Source: Lama glama (lineage: Eukaryota). From it: 64,000 bases of DNA. Positions 27,151-40,479 of this stretch are shown here, in pieces. The stretch covers positions 87,298,001 to 87,362,000 of the forward strand of contig CM052816.1 in NCBI GenBank assembly GCA_028534125.1, in the 5' to 3' direction. The notes under the pieces were generated by a model, which was given only the letters and a program-made list of their open reading frames with translations, ran no database searches and was not told the DNA's origin. The stretch's first letter is position 1. Every line of letters starts with the position of its first letter. Position numbers and translations under genes: made by a program.

Positions 27151-27416
27151 AGTTTTTACCTTACTTGAATCATGCTTACCCAGAACATGCAACTCCTAAA
27201 TATAAGATAAGGTATCATGGTCTTATTGTTTTAATATAAAAGTTATCTACTGGGGTAATGGATAATTCAAGCAACATTCATTCTATTGGGAAAATAACTG
27301 GGAAATGACAAAGAAGGAACATGTCTGGAATCATACAGGGAAAAATCAAGCATGAATACGGTGGCTGTTTGCAGCTCAGTTGTTCTGTCTATATTGATGA
27401 GACTGAAATTTCATCT

Positions 27417-27792
27417 CTTATGGATTCAACTGTGTCACCAAATTCATAAACTGAAACTCGAACCCCTGCTTAATGTGATTGACTGTATTTGGAGATAGGG
27501 CCTTTAAAGGGGTAATTCAAGTTAACTAAGTGATGTAATAGGGTAGGACCCTAATCCCATAATACCGGTTTCTTTATAAGAGGAGGAAGAGACACTAGAG
27601 ATCTTTCTGTCTCTAGGATCACAGATGAAGGTCACATCAGGACACAGAGAGAACAGACATCTTTCTCAGAAAGAGCGGTCTCGCCAGAACTTAACCTCAA
27701 CTACACCTTTATCTTGGACTAGCTTCCAAAATTGTGAGAAAATAAATTTCTGCTGTTTAAGCCACCCAATCTATGGTATTTTGTTATGGCAA
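27417..27792 (+). mobile_element. MaLR LTR (MLT1A/B-like)
   Basis: gactgtatttggagatagggcctttaaaggggtaatt...aataaatttctgctgtttaagccacccaatctatggtattttgttatggca. Confidence 0.88.
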
Positions 27793-27793
27793 T

Positions 27794-28095
27794 TGTGATA
27801 CTGTGGCATAATTACAAACATATATATTTGGTCTTTGTCCCCAGTACCAGACACAGAGCTCCTAAAACCCTTGCAGTAAGGGTAATAGGAGCATCTTTTA
27901 TTATAATATTTGTGTGTGTTTATTTATTTATTTTTTGCCATTTCCTGACACAGGGTTTCTAAAATTTTTGGAATTTCTTCAATGATAGAGGTGATAAGAG
28001 TGTCTTTTGTTTTTCTTAACAAGCCCCTTTAATCACACCCAAATTTATACTAATTAGATGCTGGAGGTGAAGGCAGGTGAGGCCCTGAGATAATC
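27794..28095 (+). mobile_element. MER21-like LTR 5' part abutting the MLT1 3' end
   Basis: tgtgatactgtg...atatatatttggtctttgtccc...cacagagctcctaaaaccctt with the family's internal repeat (cctgacacagggtttctaaaa). Confidence 0.7.
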
Positions 28096-28300
28096 TACAT
28101 TTAAGTTTTTAAAACTGTGTCCTTATTTAGAATCTCCATGCATTTCTTAAATGCATGTTGTCTACTTTCTTGCACAGTGAATATGTCACTTGACAAACTT
28201 AAAATTTGCATATGAATCACATTGATTTAACATTTTAGAAGTGACCTTGATATTTACTAACCCCTTGCCATTTTTTTATCTGATCTTTCTTTGTAACAAC

Positions 28301-28497
28301 CAGTATCCCAAATTCCTTAGGTCATTTGGAGTCCAACAGTACCAACATCAGAATTCTCAGGGTTATATCTTAAAGCAAATTCCAACTTCTGGTTCTCCTT
28401 CTCCCTCAGATCTACTGAATCAAATCTTTTGGGGAGATAGTACAATTTACTGTATTTTAAGTAACAAACTTTATTCAACAAACTTTGAGAACCACTG
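28301..28497. mobile_element. MER5-like hAT-Charlie MITE
   Basis: cagatctactgaatcaaatct and terminus aaactttgagaaccactg. Confidence 0.7.
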
Positions 28498-28547
28498 AAA
28501 TGAACATTTGCCTGGTGCAACAGGAACGATTTACTTAATTGAACAAG

Positions 28548-28869
28548 TGTCTTATTCCATTCAAGCTACCGTAACAACAGAAAGTTATTCCTCACAGTTC
28601 TGGAAGCTGGAAATACAAGATCGATGTGCCGACATGGTTGCATTCTGCTGAAGGTCCTCCTCCTAATCCATAGTGGCACCTTCTGTCTGTGTCCTCACAT
28701 GGTGGAAGGGGGAGCTTCTTTTATAAAGGCACTAATTTCATTCCTGAAGTCTTCGTTCTGATGACCTAATCATATCCCCAAGACCCTCATCTCCCAATAC
28801 ATCAGCTTTGAGGGTTAGGCCTTCAACATAAGAACTTAAGGAGAACAAAAACACGTAGGCCATACCACA
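28548..28869 (-). mobile_element. MaLR LTR (MLT1A-like)
   Basis: tgtcttattccattcaagctacc...ctcacagttctggaagctgg...tgtgtcctcacatggtggaag...ccataccaca. Confidence 0.88.
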
Positions 28870-29459
28870 AAGTAACCTTTTCAAAATAGTTTTGGATTCA
28901 TAATTTTTGTACTACTTATTGCTTTTCTGGAAATTTTAAAACTGGGTAATCACTAGTACTAAGGTTACCATTAATGACATATTTTTAGACTTTTTTAAAT
29001 TTGAGAGATGTCACATTCAATGGGTTTGATTAAGGAAAATGTTAAATTGCAAATAAACGTAGCTTTATTTTATATATAATACTCACATATTGAGCATGTT
29101 GAATTCCCTCCCCAGATTTCAATGGGCATCAAATATCTCAGCATTTTTAATTAAGGTTCAGTTGTGCTTGGGAAATGCATACCACTGAGATTGTATTGTT
29201 TTACCCAAGGAAGATTTAATACTTTAAACTAAAGAGTATTATGAGAATTAAAGTCATGGGCAAGAAACCCAGAGGCTAAGCAGAAAGTAGAAGCTTAAAC
29301 AGTATTTATCACAGCTCTGTGGCACTGGGGAAGCAAATACATGGTCCAATTCTACCAAAGAGAAGGGATCCTGACAAACTAAATAGAGTTTGAAATAAAT
29401 GATGTTTGCATGATTATATGTTCTGATGGAAAACAACCAAATAAATAATTAATAACCAA

Positions 29460-29980
29460 ATTTTGGTCTGTTCTTACAGCAAATAAACAAAAAATCCAGG
29501 CAGATTTTAGGCCTAAATGCAAAAGCTAAAGCAGTAAATCCTTTAGAACACAGCATACACTATCTTTGTAAACTGAGGTGGGGGGAGGTTTATTTTTAAA
29601 AAAGGGCACAAAAACATAAATAAAAGATAAAGGAACATTTGAACAAATTATACTTTCTTATATCCAGAATGTATAAAGATCTCCTACAAATATATAAGAA
29701 AAAGACAGATGATAAAATTAGGCATAAGACAGAAAAACTGAACACACCCTTTACCATATAAAAAAATCCAAATGGCCAATTAGAAAATGAAAGGTGCTCA
29801 AAATAATTAGGCACCAGGGAAAGGCAAACTCAGATGCAAGTGAAATAAGATGGCACAATCACCAGAATGACAAAAATTGAAAAAAAAAAACTAACAAATA
29901 AGAAATCTGAACTCTCATACACTCCTGGCCAAAGTAAATACTGGTACCACCATTTTGTAAAATATGTTCACAGTGTTTTG
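29460..29980 (+). mobile_element. Old L1M ORF2 3' fragment
   Basis: tatccagaatgtataaagatctcctacaaat...caaatggccaattagaaaatgaaaggtgctc...gaactctcatacac. Confidence 0.75.
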
Positions 29981-30695
29981 TTCACTTCTTAATATAAGTT
30001 TCATGTCTTGATAATAAACAATATATTTTGAGAAAAGGAAGAAATAACATTTCCAAACTTACAGAGCAATCTTGCCACAAGCAACCACTTCTTAAATCAC
30101 TGAGGACTTTCATTTTCCTCTTAATGATACCTGTTCCAGATTTTTGAGGTTGAAATGAACAATATTTTTCAGCCTTCAATTGCTTGACCTTTTTGAGATT
30201 TTTTTGTTGTTGTTGCTGTTACTTCTGATTCTTATCTCAGATATCTAGTAAGTATGCTCCTCTGGCTGAACAAAATTGGACTCTAGACATCATTAATCTT
30301 TCAATTCTATCTTGTTAATTTACATTATGCATCATGTATTATGCTCTGGACTTTTCTACATTGTCTACATCCAAAGCTTGTGGCCAGTCAAAGACAATCT
30401 GCTTTCTTTTGTCATGGTGAGGAGACTCTGGGGTCTTCTATTAACAATTTCCCAAAGTTATAATGTGGTATATTGGATGGACTATCAACAGATTGGAATA
30501 TAAGGGTATAAAGTTACTGTGATACAAATGACAGGATACAGTTCCAAAGTCAAATGTAACTGGTCTAATCAAATAATCAAGCAAAAACATTTCCTGCCTG
30601 TAAACAAACTGTAATGTGTGTTAATCCAAAGATGTCTGAAATAACCTACATAATTGTATACAATATGAGAGAAGCTGACTGCAATTATAATTCAA

Positions 30696-30932
30696 GAAAT
30701 TCGAGATTTGCAGATACTAACTAATATATAAAAATAGATCAATAACAAATTTAATCTGTATAGCACAGGGAACTATGTTCAGTATCTTGTAGTAAGTTAT
30801 GGTAAAAGAGAATATGAAAACGAATATATGTATGGTCCTATATGACAAGCATTGTGCTGTATACCAGAAATTGATACAACATTGTAAAATAACTATACTT
30901 CAATAAAAATATTTACACATATATAAAAAAAA
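30696..30932 (+). mobile_element. Young L1 3' end
   Basis: gagatttgcagatactaac...ctgtatagcacagggaactat...aactatacttcaataaaaa. Confidence 0.9.
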
Positions 30933-30939
30933 CTTAAGA

Positions 30940-31067
30940 GGGGGAGGATATAGCTCAGTGGTAGAGCACATGCCTAGCATGCACAAGGTCCTGGGTTCAA
31001 TCCCCAGCACCTCCTTTAAAAATAAATAAACAAATGAACCTAATTACTCCCCTTCCAAAAAAAAAAA
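30940..31067 (+). mobile_element. tRNA-Ala(AGC)-derived SINE (camelid Vic-1-like)
   Basis: A box tagctcagtgg, B box ggttcaatccc, tRNA-Ala-like body, AT-rich linker, aacctaattactcccc tail and poly(A). Confidence 0.92.
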
Positions 31068-32729
31068 GCTTAGAAGCTACGTTTAAAAAAATACAATGTG
31101 GATCATATCAATTATATACCTTTATACCTACTTCTTCTAGTGACAATGTTTTATGAACATTTACTTGTGTTATTAAAAATTCTTTACAAATTAAAAAAAA
31201 GTCAATTTCATAAAAATAAAGAAATTAATCAGTATTAGCTGTCCTTAACATCAAATACTCTACTACTGCTGCTAATGATAAAAATGACAGGGGTGATCAG
31301 CAGGTTGAAGTGTATGTGTTAACACTCAAAGCTTCAGAGACAGTCATCTTAATCTATTTTTCACTCAAGTGGAAAGAAATTTTCCAAGGGAAAATAACTT
31401 ACTGTTTCTCTCTGCCTTGAGTATGTTCATATTCATGGAGAGCAGACTGTCTTTCAATGTCATTATTATCCTAATAATTAGTTTAGTATTTGTAGGTAAG
31501 TTTTTTCTGTTAGAGAGAGAGAGAAGCCATTGTGTCATGGTGGAAATGAAGGGCCTTTATCATAAAAGATGGAAATTTTATGAAGAGTAACTTGGCGTAG
31601 GTTTAGGGAAGTTCTTCTAAATAAAATCCAGAATCTCACAATGGTTTCATTCATCCCTTCCAGATCATTCTGATCTCACAATGTTGATCTCTAACCTGAA
31701 GAATGGTTTAGAATCTTCACCTTAAAATTTAAAAATTTGGGGGAAATTCTAATGTTGTGAAACAATTTTTGTTGTAGCCTCAGATTCATATATAGCCCTG
31801 CTTATGTATTTATCATTGTAACACACCTGACTGAGTCTGAAATCTTCCTCTGTAAAATGAAGTGCTTTCCAAAATGTTACTTAATGCTTTAGAAGTAAAT
31901 TGAGAGGTAGTAAAACGAGCTGACAGAATACTCAAGAATTGTTCAGAAGTAAATGATACACAAAAAAGCAGCCTAACCCTCACACTTCTCTTAGGCAGGC
32001 CTGAGTATTGACCAGATTGGCCTAACAATGCTTCTGAATTTGGCTAATGAACAGAATTTCCGAAAGCAAAATCAACAGGAAATAAGCTAAGGTGTTCAAG
32101 GGGATGAATGACCATTGAACAAACAAACAAACAAACAAAAAACCTTATCAAGATGAATCAAGGTAAAAAAGGAATCTATGTTTGCTCAGTCTAGTAAATA
32201 AACCTGGGGCAGCCAGATTGACCAAACCAAACCAAACCATTCAAAATAAGAACAAAAGTATTTATCTATGATGAAACAAAACGAGTAAGTAGAGGTAGGT
32301 AAAATTCCTTGATCTCAGAACATACTCTTCCACCTCTAGCCAGCGGGACATGGTGCACATTCTGGAACAGTGACTAGTTTGTGATGCTTCCCCTTTCCTT
32401 CTTTTCCAAATGAGAAATGCAATCGCCATTCCTGCGTCGCGACAAGGCCAGTATGCCTTCCCCGGTGTCTCTTCTCTCTCTGTAGCAGCAATGGTAGATT
32501 TATTTAGCTAGTCTTATTTTCAGCATCCAAGAATTATTTTTCAGTCTCTTATTGCTCCTTTTAATAGAGGGTTTTTCCTTTTCTTGGATGGATGCAACAT
32601 GGTCTTGAATCTCTCTGTAGCTACAAGTAGAATTCTTTAAAATTCTCTTCTGTTTCTTGAATTATGTTTGCGTCGTGTACTTGTCCTCTCCTATGAATTA
32701 TTAACATTATTTTCTTACAAGTCCCTTTA

Positions 32730-33710
32730 CTTTCACTTCCATCCTATAGTGTGTTGCTCATAAAGCAACTGCAGTGAACTTTGAAAGCATACCGTATACA
32801 TGACGATGCTTTCTAGTCCAAGCCCTGGAATAATTCCTTCCTTATGTATCAAATGAAATGCACATCCTCGATCTTGGCCTACAAATCCCTCCCTGAAGTT
32901 ACTCCTGGCCACAGCACCGGCAACATCACTACTGCTCTCTGTCTATTTCGAACCCTCTGTCTCCCTTCCTTTTTTTCCCCAACAACTAAGCTCATCCTTC
33001 CCCTGGTTTTCACACTTATGGCTTCTTCCATGTGGAATACTATGGTCCTCATATCTTCATCCATCTCACTTCAACCAAACCTCCACTCAAATCTCCCCTC
33101 ATCATAGAAGGTTTTAATTAGGATTCCACAGGAAATGCTTGCCACACAGTTGCCCCATCCCATTCCATGTTTTATTTTGCTTCATCAAACTGAATTGTGT
33201 TCCCCTCAGACTCTTATGTTGAAGCCCTAACCCCTAAATGTGACTGTATTTGACAGTAGAGTCTTTAAGAGGTAATTAAGGTTAAATAAGGTTGTAAGGG
33301 TGGGGCCCTAATCCAATAGAACTAATACCCTTACGAGCGGAGGAAGACACACGAGGAGTCTGCACTCAGAGGAGAGGCCATATGAGGACACAAGGAGAAG
33401 ACGGCCACCTACAAGTCAGGAGGAGAGCCCTCACCAGACAGCAAGAGTGCCAGCACCTGGATCTGGATCTTGATATTCCAGCCTCCAGAACTGTGAGATA
33501 AAACATTCCTGTTGTTTAAGCTCAATGGTATTCTGTTATGACAGTCTTAGCAGACTAATATAAGGATGTACATTTTTGTTCACATGCGTTTTCCTGCTTT
33601 CAAAATAGAGCATAATCTTCAATATGCAGTGGCTTTTCCTTTTTTATCCACCATGTATGGCCAGTGTATGCCACTCATTAATGATAGATGAACAAATGAA
33701 TAAGTGACAT
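32730..33710 (+). mobile_element. L2 3' region interrupted by an MLT1 LTR
   Basis: atcctcgatcttggcctacaaatccct...ttcttccatgtggaatac...ctcaaatctcccctc; ends gatgaacaaatgaataagtga. Confidence 0.6.
33180..33562 (+). mobile_element. MaLR LTR (MLT1A/B-like)
   Basis: ctgaattgtgttcccc...tatgttgaagccctaacccc...ttccagcctccagaactgtgaga...gcagactaatata. Confidence 0.92.
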
Positions 33711-33739
33711 ATACAAATGCTTAGAATATTTTCTGTAAT

Positions 33740-34340
33740 TCTGAAAATTTTCCAGGTTTCTTCAAGGTACACTATTTTGTTTTCCTTTGTATGTATTTTT
33801 CTGATCTATTCTGCTAGGCATTAGGTGAGCTCTTATAACTTGAGGTCAAGCCATCTGTCTTACCTTTGGGAAATTTTCTTTTATCGTTTTGTTGATAAAC
33901 GTATCCTTTCTATTCCTTCTGTTCTCCCTTTCTGTAACTCCTTTTAGATAAATGTTAAACCTTCTATTAATGATTCATGTTTCTCAATGTTTCCTTCTTA
34001 CTACTGATCTTTTTTGTTCTACATTTGGGAGATACCTTCGATTTTTTTTCCTTCTAGCCTTTCTACTACATATTTTATTTAAGCAATCACACTTTCAGTA
34101 TCTAAGGACTTGTTCATAGTTTCTCATTTCTCCATTTTATAACAACATATTCCATTTTTATGTATCCAGTATCTTGAATCTTTCTGAAGCTACTAATTTG
34201 AATTCCTTTATTTTTCTATTTCCAAATTTTTTTCTGTGCATCATAAGAATTATTCTGTATATGTCATTTGAGTTGTTTTCTTTAAATTTGTGCTTTTATT
34301 TCCCTTAAATATCTGATAATTCTTGTTCATCCATTCACAT
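33740..34340 (-). mobile_element. Very old L1/HAL1-type ORF1-region fragment
   Basis: T-rich; tgggaaattttcttttat and ctgttctccctttctgtaactcct motifs. Confidence 0.5.
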
Positions 34341-34894
34341 CTATCAATCAAAACTTCACAGGTTTAACATGGGGACCTATGTTAATTTCTTCAGCAGTTG
34401 TACTGATATATTTATGTAGTAGTTCTCTGCTCACCCTGGGAATTTGACAAAGGTTTCTATGTTTGCAAACGTGCTGTGGTGATTGGTAGGTTTTATTTGT
34501 GATACAGGCACAGGGCAAAAAGGCTGACCATGTCAGCTCAAATATTTTATTTTCCTATTAGTTCTGTATGTTTTACAAACATCTCTTATGAATATTCTGG
34601 GCTCTGGCTTCTTTGACTGTCTCTGCTTTAAACATCAGTCATCGCTTCTACTCTTCACCTTCTCAACATGAGTCAAAATATCTGGCCTGATCTCACCATC
34701 ATGTACTGAAATGATTGGACATAGACATACTTAATGAAATTTGGGTGAGTAGGGGAGCTATGCTCCATTTGCTCATATATGTTAAATGCCCCATTTTTGA
34801 ACAATTAACTTCATGAAAGATGTCTGAACATTTTGAAACTAACAGTACATTCTTGGGTGAGAGAAAAACTACAGTCTTCACCCTGCTCTCCTAC

Positions 34895-35060
34895 ATATGG
34901 GTAAATCTAATCAGATAAATGTTAATGTCCTCTTGTGATATTGAGAAATAATAACATCATCTAGTTCAAAAAATTGACGTGAGGATTAAATGAATGCTTG
35001 TTGTAAAGTGCTTTACCCAGTGACCAGGACAAATCAATAATGAATAAATATTATCTATCA
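34895..35060 (+). mobile_element. MIR
   Basis: gtgaggattaaatgaatgcttgttgtaaagtgctttacccagtgacc core. Confidence 0.7.
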
Positions 35061-36959
35061 CTTTTGCATGTCATTAGAAATAAGACTGTGCTAGAAACAG
35101 AGCAGCTATTTCATGAATGTCTATTGAATGGGGAAAACAAAACCAACACCCGACTGTTACATTCTTTGTATCTAATTAGGCAGTGGCTCAAAATCACTGA
35201 TGAGTGAAGGAAAGAAATGTAATGCCATGTTAAATTGATAGCAATGCCAATATGGCAGCCGTACCGAACAATTAAACCCTTAAGCAGTAACAAGCTCTGT
35301 ATCTCACTGAGGGCTGAGGGATCGCATTGACTTACAATTCTATACAGCCAACACCCATAATGTTTTTATTTTCTCTTCCTTCTCAACTTCTATTTAAGTT
35401 AAAAAATAGCAGGACTAATATCATAAGGATGAAAGAATATGAGGGTAGACAAAAGATAAAAACACATCTGAAAGGTAGGTTGGGGGTGGAAAGTTGCCTA
35501 CCATGGAGGCAGAGTAAATGAATTCAGAATCCAGAAAAAAAAAAAAAAAAGAGACCAAGAGGAGGAAACTGATTTGTCAAACAGAACCATAGGGAAAATG
35601 TGAGCATAATGTGAGTTAGTGTGAAGACAAGAAGTAAAAGGGAGACTAGAAATAGGGGGTTGCTAAATCCCTATCTATGCAACAACTAAACAAACTCTAT
35701 CCCTAGCTTGATTTTATAACTGGAAACGATATCTGAGCGTAATTCTCATAAGAATGAGGTATGGATTATGGTAGCCCTAGATAAACTCTATCCACAGGTT
35801 TCTTTTTTCTGTCCATAAACCCTGTAGTGCAATGTGCTAAATGCAGTATCAATGTCCAACAAAGAGATGCTAATTATTTTATTTTCTTACTTGAGGATGA
35901 CAACTAGTGGGAAAATAGATATATATTTAAAATAGCAAAAAAACCAAAAAAAAAAACACCCCGAAACAAGAAAACAAATCATCTGCTTAGGAAAATTTAA
36001 GCAAGTCTTTTATCTAAAAAATTCGTGGGCAATTAAGGATCACATATGTTGGGGAAATGAAAGATAATTTTGTGTAAAATATCAAGAAATATTTAACAGA
36101 AAAATTCAGAGAGCAGAACATAATAGTGTCTTTAAAATACACTGTAGTGTCCTCAAATTTAGTAGTATTTTACCTACAAAGCAGAACAGGATCCTAAGAA
36201 AAATGAACAATTGGAAAGAAACAACAGAAAGAGGTATTAATAATTAGAAAAATACAGCAGTTCAGCAGTTGGAAAAAAGAAATATCAGCAATACTGTCTC
36301 AATTTAAAATATTGAGAGAACATGATATAGAGGCCAAAACTGAGGAGGTGAAATATTGGATGAAGAGGGGGAATTGTAGAATAATATTATTATTTTGAAA
36401 AGAAAAATATCAAGAATGTCAATGTGGATGCTGAAACAAATGAATGGACTAGTTTTTTGTTTGTTTGTTTGTTTGTGCTTTTTTTAAAGACAAGATTTTC
36501 TTAACTGAAACCTGTATTGAATGCCTCTTGGTGATATTTGAAAAATCCCAAGTTTCAGAAAATGACCTAAAACTTTTAAGAGAGAAAAATCATTTCATCT
36601 ACACAGGGAAAAGAACAATGATGTCATTATACTTATCCTCAGGAACTTGCAAATTGACAGAAAATGGAAAAATCACTTTGAATTCTAAGGAAAAATTATT
36701 TACAAAGTAAAATCATATATAAATCTAAGTTTTCAAATAAGGATGAAAGTAAAATGAAGCTGCACTCATAATTTTAAGACTGCTCTGGGTTTCATCTAAA
36801 AAGTGACACTGAAAAGCAAGACAGATGGATAGGCAAGATACAGAACATACTGAGATCAGGCCATGATTTCATTCATGACAGCACACCTAAAAAGTAATGA
36901 GTCCAAATTACATGAAATATTGGTGGAAGCCAGTGTTATCAAGAAGAATGTAGTGGATG

Positions 36960-37178
36960 AGTGATAGATTGCAATCATGACAACAATTCTTCATCCCTTC
37001 TGGCATTCATTTTTTTTTTTTGCAGTACAACATTGGTGTGACCCTTTTCCACAGGAAAACTATCCTGCCCACAATTTGACTCTGGGCTCAGCCATGAAAA
37101 TTGTTTTGGCCAAAGGGATGTAGGTAGATGGTATAAAAACAGAGACTGTGAGAAAATCCACATAGGGTTTATTCTCTC
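36960..37178 (+). mobile_element. MaLR LTR 5' fragment (MLT1G/H-like)
   Basis: gatagattgcaatcatgacaacaattcttc...ttgactctgggctcagccatgaaaattgttttggccaaagggatg. Confidence 0.65.
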
Positions 37179-37184
37179 CAAAAA

Positions 37185-37920
37185 CTGAAGATAAATTTCA
37201 AAACCTATTATGTATGTGTAATTGGTGTTCCATAAGGAAAAAAAAAAGTAGAGAGGCAATATAGCAGAAAAAAATCAGAAGAAATATTTGAAGTAATAAT
37301 GTCCCAAAACTTCCCCACATTAATGATATTCACCAGACTACAGACTAAGAAAGTTCAGATGAAGCCCAAACAAATAACAACACAAAACAGAAACAAAAAC
37401 ACTTAGGCATATCTGCAGAAAACCAAAAAACTGAAAGCCTTTAATAGAAAAAATAAATGTCTTACTATAAAGGTGCAGGATGAGAACTGCAGGGGAATTC
37501 TCATCAGAAACCACACAAATAAGAAGATAGTAAAATATTTAAAATGTTGGAAAAAACCTAGAATTCTATATCCAGCAAAACTGTCCCTCAAAAGAGGAGG
37601 AGAAATAATGACTCTTTAGAGAAACTAAAACAGAGAATTTGTTGCCCTAAGATTTGTCCTGCAAGAAATGCTAAAAGCACTTCTTCAGGTGAAGAAAAAT
37701 AACAAAGATGAAAACCTATGATTTATAGGAAGAAAGGTAGACCATTGAAGAAGGAATAAATGAAGGTAAAACAAAATATTTTCTTTGTCTCATTTTTAAG
37801 TGATCTAAAAGGTAACTTGCTTAAAGTAATAATAACAATACACTAAGTGATTACATCATATGAATAAATGAAAAGAATGACAATGTTATAAGAGATGGGA
37901 GGTAGGAAATACTGAGAGTT
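37185..37920 (+). mobile_element. L1MC/MD-type ORF1 and inter-ORF fragment
   Basis: aaatatttgaagtaataatg...ttctcatcagaaacca...cctagaattctatatccagcaaaactgtccctcaaaa; homologous to about 47370-48110. Confidence 0.8.
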
Positions 37921-38484
37921 CAATTTAAGAAAGGAACATAGTTTCAATAACAAGTCCCTAAAAGGGTCTTATGTCCATGAGGGCCACTGAAGGGAAAGTT
38001 TCATTAGTGAGTTAAGTCATTCCTATTTTAAAATTCTTGAAGTCCAGGATATTATACCTGAAAATGGAAATTTAATGAGAGAATTGGATTTGACTTGAAG
38101 AATTAACACCAAATTGTGAATGTCTTTCTATCATCTATGTACAAAGTTAAATTCATGTGTACAGGCTAAATTTAGTCAGCTGGCAATGTTCCATATTTGA
38201 ACCATGTCATTTGGGTTGCCAGACTTTTCTCAAGAGTCTTCCATTTGTTCAGTATCTACTAAGTTTCCCATTTTCAAAATTTAGTAGAGAATTTTTTTTT
38301 TATTTTAATCAGAAAATCATGATCCTTGAAATGTCTTAAATGAACACTTCTACACATACATTCAATAAATGGATTTTTTAAAAGTTAATTGATGTACACT
38401 AGGAAAAATGCAATTATGAAGCCATTTATTATTATAGTGCAATTTTAGTAATCAAGTCATAGTATTGTTAAGAATTAACTAATT

Positions 38485-38660
38485 TAGATAAACAAGATTA
38501 TACTGTATAGCACAGGGAAATATATACAAGATCTTGTGGTAGCTCACAGTGAAAAAGAATGCGACAATGAATATATGCATGTTCATGTATAACTGAAAAA
38601 CTGTGCTCTACACTGGAAATTGACACAACATTGTAAACTGATTATAACTCACTAAAAAAA
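38485..38660 (+). mobile_element. Young short L1 3' end with TSD
   Basis: tatactgtatagcacaggg...cattgtaaactgattataactc then A tail; aattaactaat at 38473-38483 and 38660-38670. Confidence 0.92.
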
Positions 38661-39954
38661 ATTAACTAATCACTTTGTAAAACATATTGGGATGCTCTGA
38701 GCTTTGTTTTGTATAGGGAAAGCAAGTAGGAGATAGTAAGAAATAATACGTACTTTCACCTAGTTACATTATACGTTTTAAAGGCAAATTAGTATTTGTT
38801 ATTTTAACATTGAAGTAAATTTATTACTATTTTATCAAACATCAATTCCTACAAACTATGATAAACCATTTCTACTTTTATACTAGCAAATAGCTTTCTC
38901 ATCTTCTCTCAAGTTACTAGAAAATTGTAATTGCTTTATGTTAGTAAGTATAATATAAATGCATTTCCATTGACAGTACATCAGAATATTTTCTGTAAAA
39001 ATGTGATTCATTTTGGCATAATAATGCATGCTAAAGAATTTCTTGATTACTGGTTTTTCAATAAGTGAATTGTGTTTTTTTTTTGATGAGTAGATTTTAA
39101 AAATAGTATACCATTATATTAGTGAAAATCTAACAGACTAGCATCATTTCAACAAGGACCAAGAAATAAATATTAAAATTCTTTTTATAAACCTGAGACC
39201 TAATTAGACAGAAATAGAATCAGTTTTCTTTTTAAAATTATGGAAAAACACTAACAATCTGACACTATGTTCACAGTTCAGTTAAAGAAATAGATTGTTT
39301 TCTGAATTTTAACATTCCAAAAAGCAAGTGAATCAAAAGTATACTTTTGAACATGTAATACATAAAAAAATATTGAAATTGCAGTTTTACATGATAGTTA
39401 GATGATCCTTTTCAATTGTTGGTGTATATCCCTTACTCTAAATCTTTCATTTCAAGTCAACTGTCTTCTGACTTTAAGCAACAATACATGCACTCATTGT
39501 TATCACCTAACTGTAAGTATGGAAGATTTTGATTTTCCAATTTGCACTGTGAAGAACCTACTTTAGGTGAAAGGAAATACTTTAAACAATTTGTGAAAGA
39601 AAGTCTTGTTTCTCCAGAAATAGTTGTCAAATATTTGTGTGATGACTTTCAATCAGAGAACTAAAATGATTTTTTTAAAAAACTTATCCTGAAGCAACTT
39701 TATACTAGTAATTGGAGATTTTAGTTTAAAATTTAAATTTCTATCCTGACATAAAATGAGGACAAATTTAGCAACCGTGGTTCATTCTCATTTTCCAAAC
39801 AAAATCCCATACGGAATCATAATTTGTTCATTACTTCATTGATTTGATCCGTCATTGTCATTCTACTCCTATTCATTGGGTGCCTTACTGTATATTGACA
39901 CTGGAGATACAAAGAAGAAACTCTTCATGAGGATTGCAGTGGGGAGAAACAGAA

Positions 39955-40400
39955 ATGTGATGTCAGAGAAAGACAAATGCTGTGCACCTATATGCAGAAT
40001 CCAAAAAACAAAACAAAACAAAACAAAGCAAATAAATTCATTGAAACAGCGTTCAGATTTGTGGTTGCCAGACGTGGCAGACAGGGGATGGGTGAATAAG
40101 ATGAGGGTGGTCAAAAGATACGAACTTCCAATTATAAGATAAGTAAGTCTGAGGTCGTGATATTCAACATGATAAGTTGTTAATGACAATGTATTATTGT
40201 GTATTTGAAAGTTGCTAAAGAACAGATCTTAAAAGTTACCATCACAAAGAAAAAACTGTAACTGTAAGGGGATGAATGTTAACTAATGTTATTGTGCTAA
40301 TCATTTTGCATATATCAACTCATTATGTTGTACACCTTATATGTATATAATGTTATATGTCAATTATGTCTCAAAAACTGGGGAAAAAACTAAAAAAAAT
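39955..40400 (+). mobile_element. L1MA9-like 3' UTR
   Basis: cagagaaagacaaat...ggtcaaaagatacgaacttccaattataagataagtaagtc...ttgaaagttgctaaagaacagatcttaaaag...aatgttatatgtcaattat. Confidence 0.88.
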
Positions 40401-40479
40401 CCAACTGTACTATGTTCTATGAAGTAGGAAACAATCAGGTTTCAGTCAGGAAAGCAGAAGCATCTTGAGTATTATGAGG

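Noticed and set aside
32433..32445. CpG-rich palindrome gtcgcgac
   Set aside because: Isolated 8-mer with no CpG island around it
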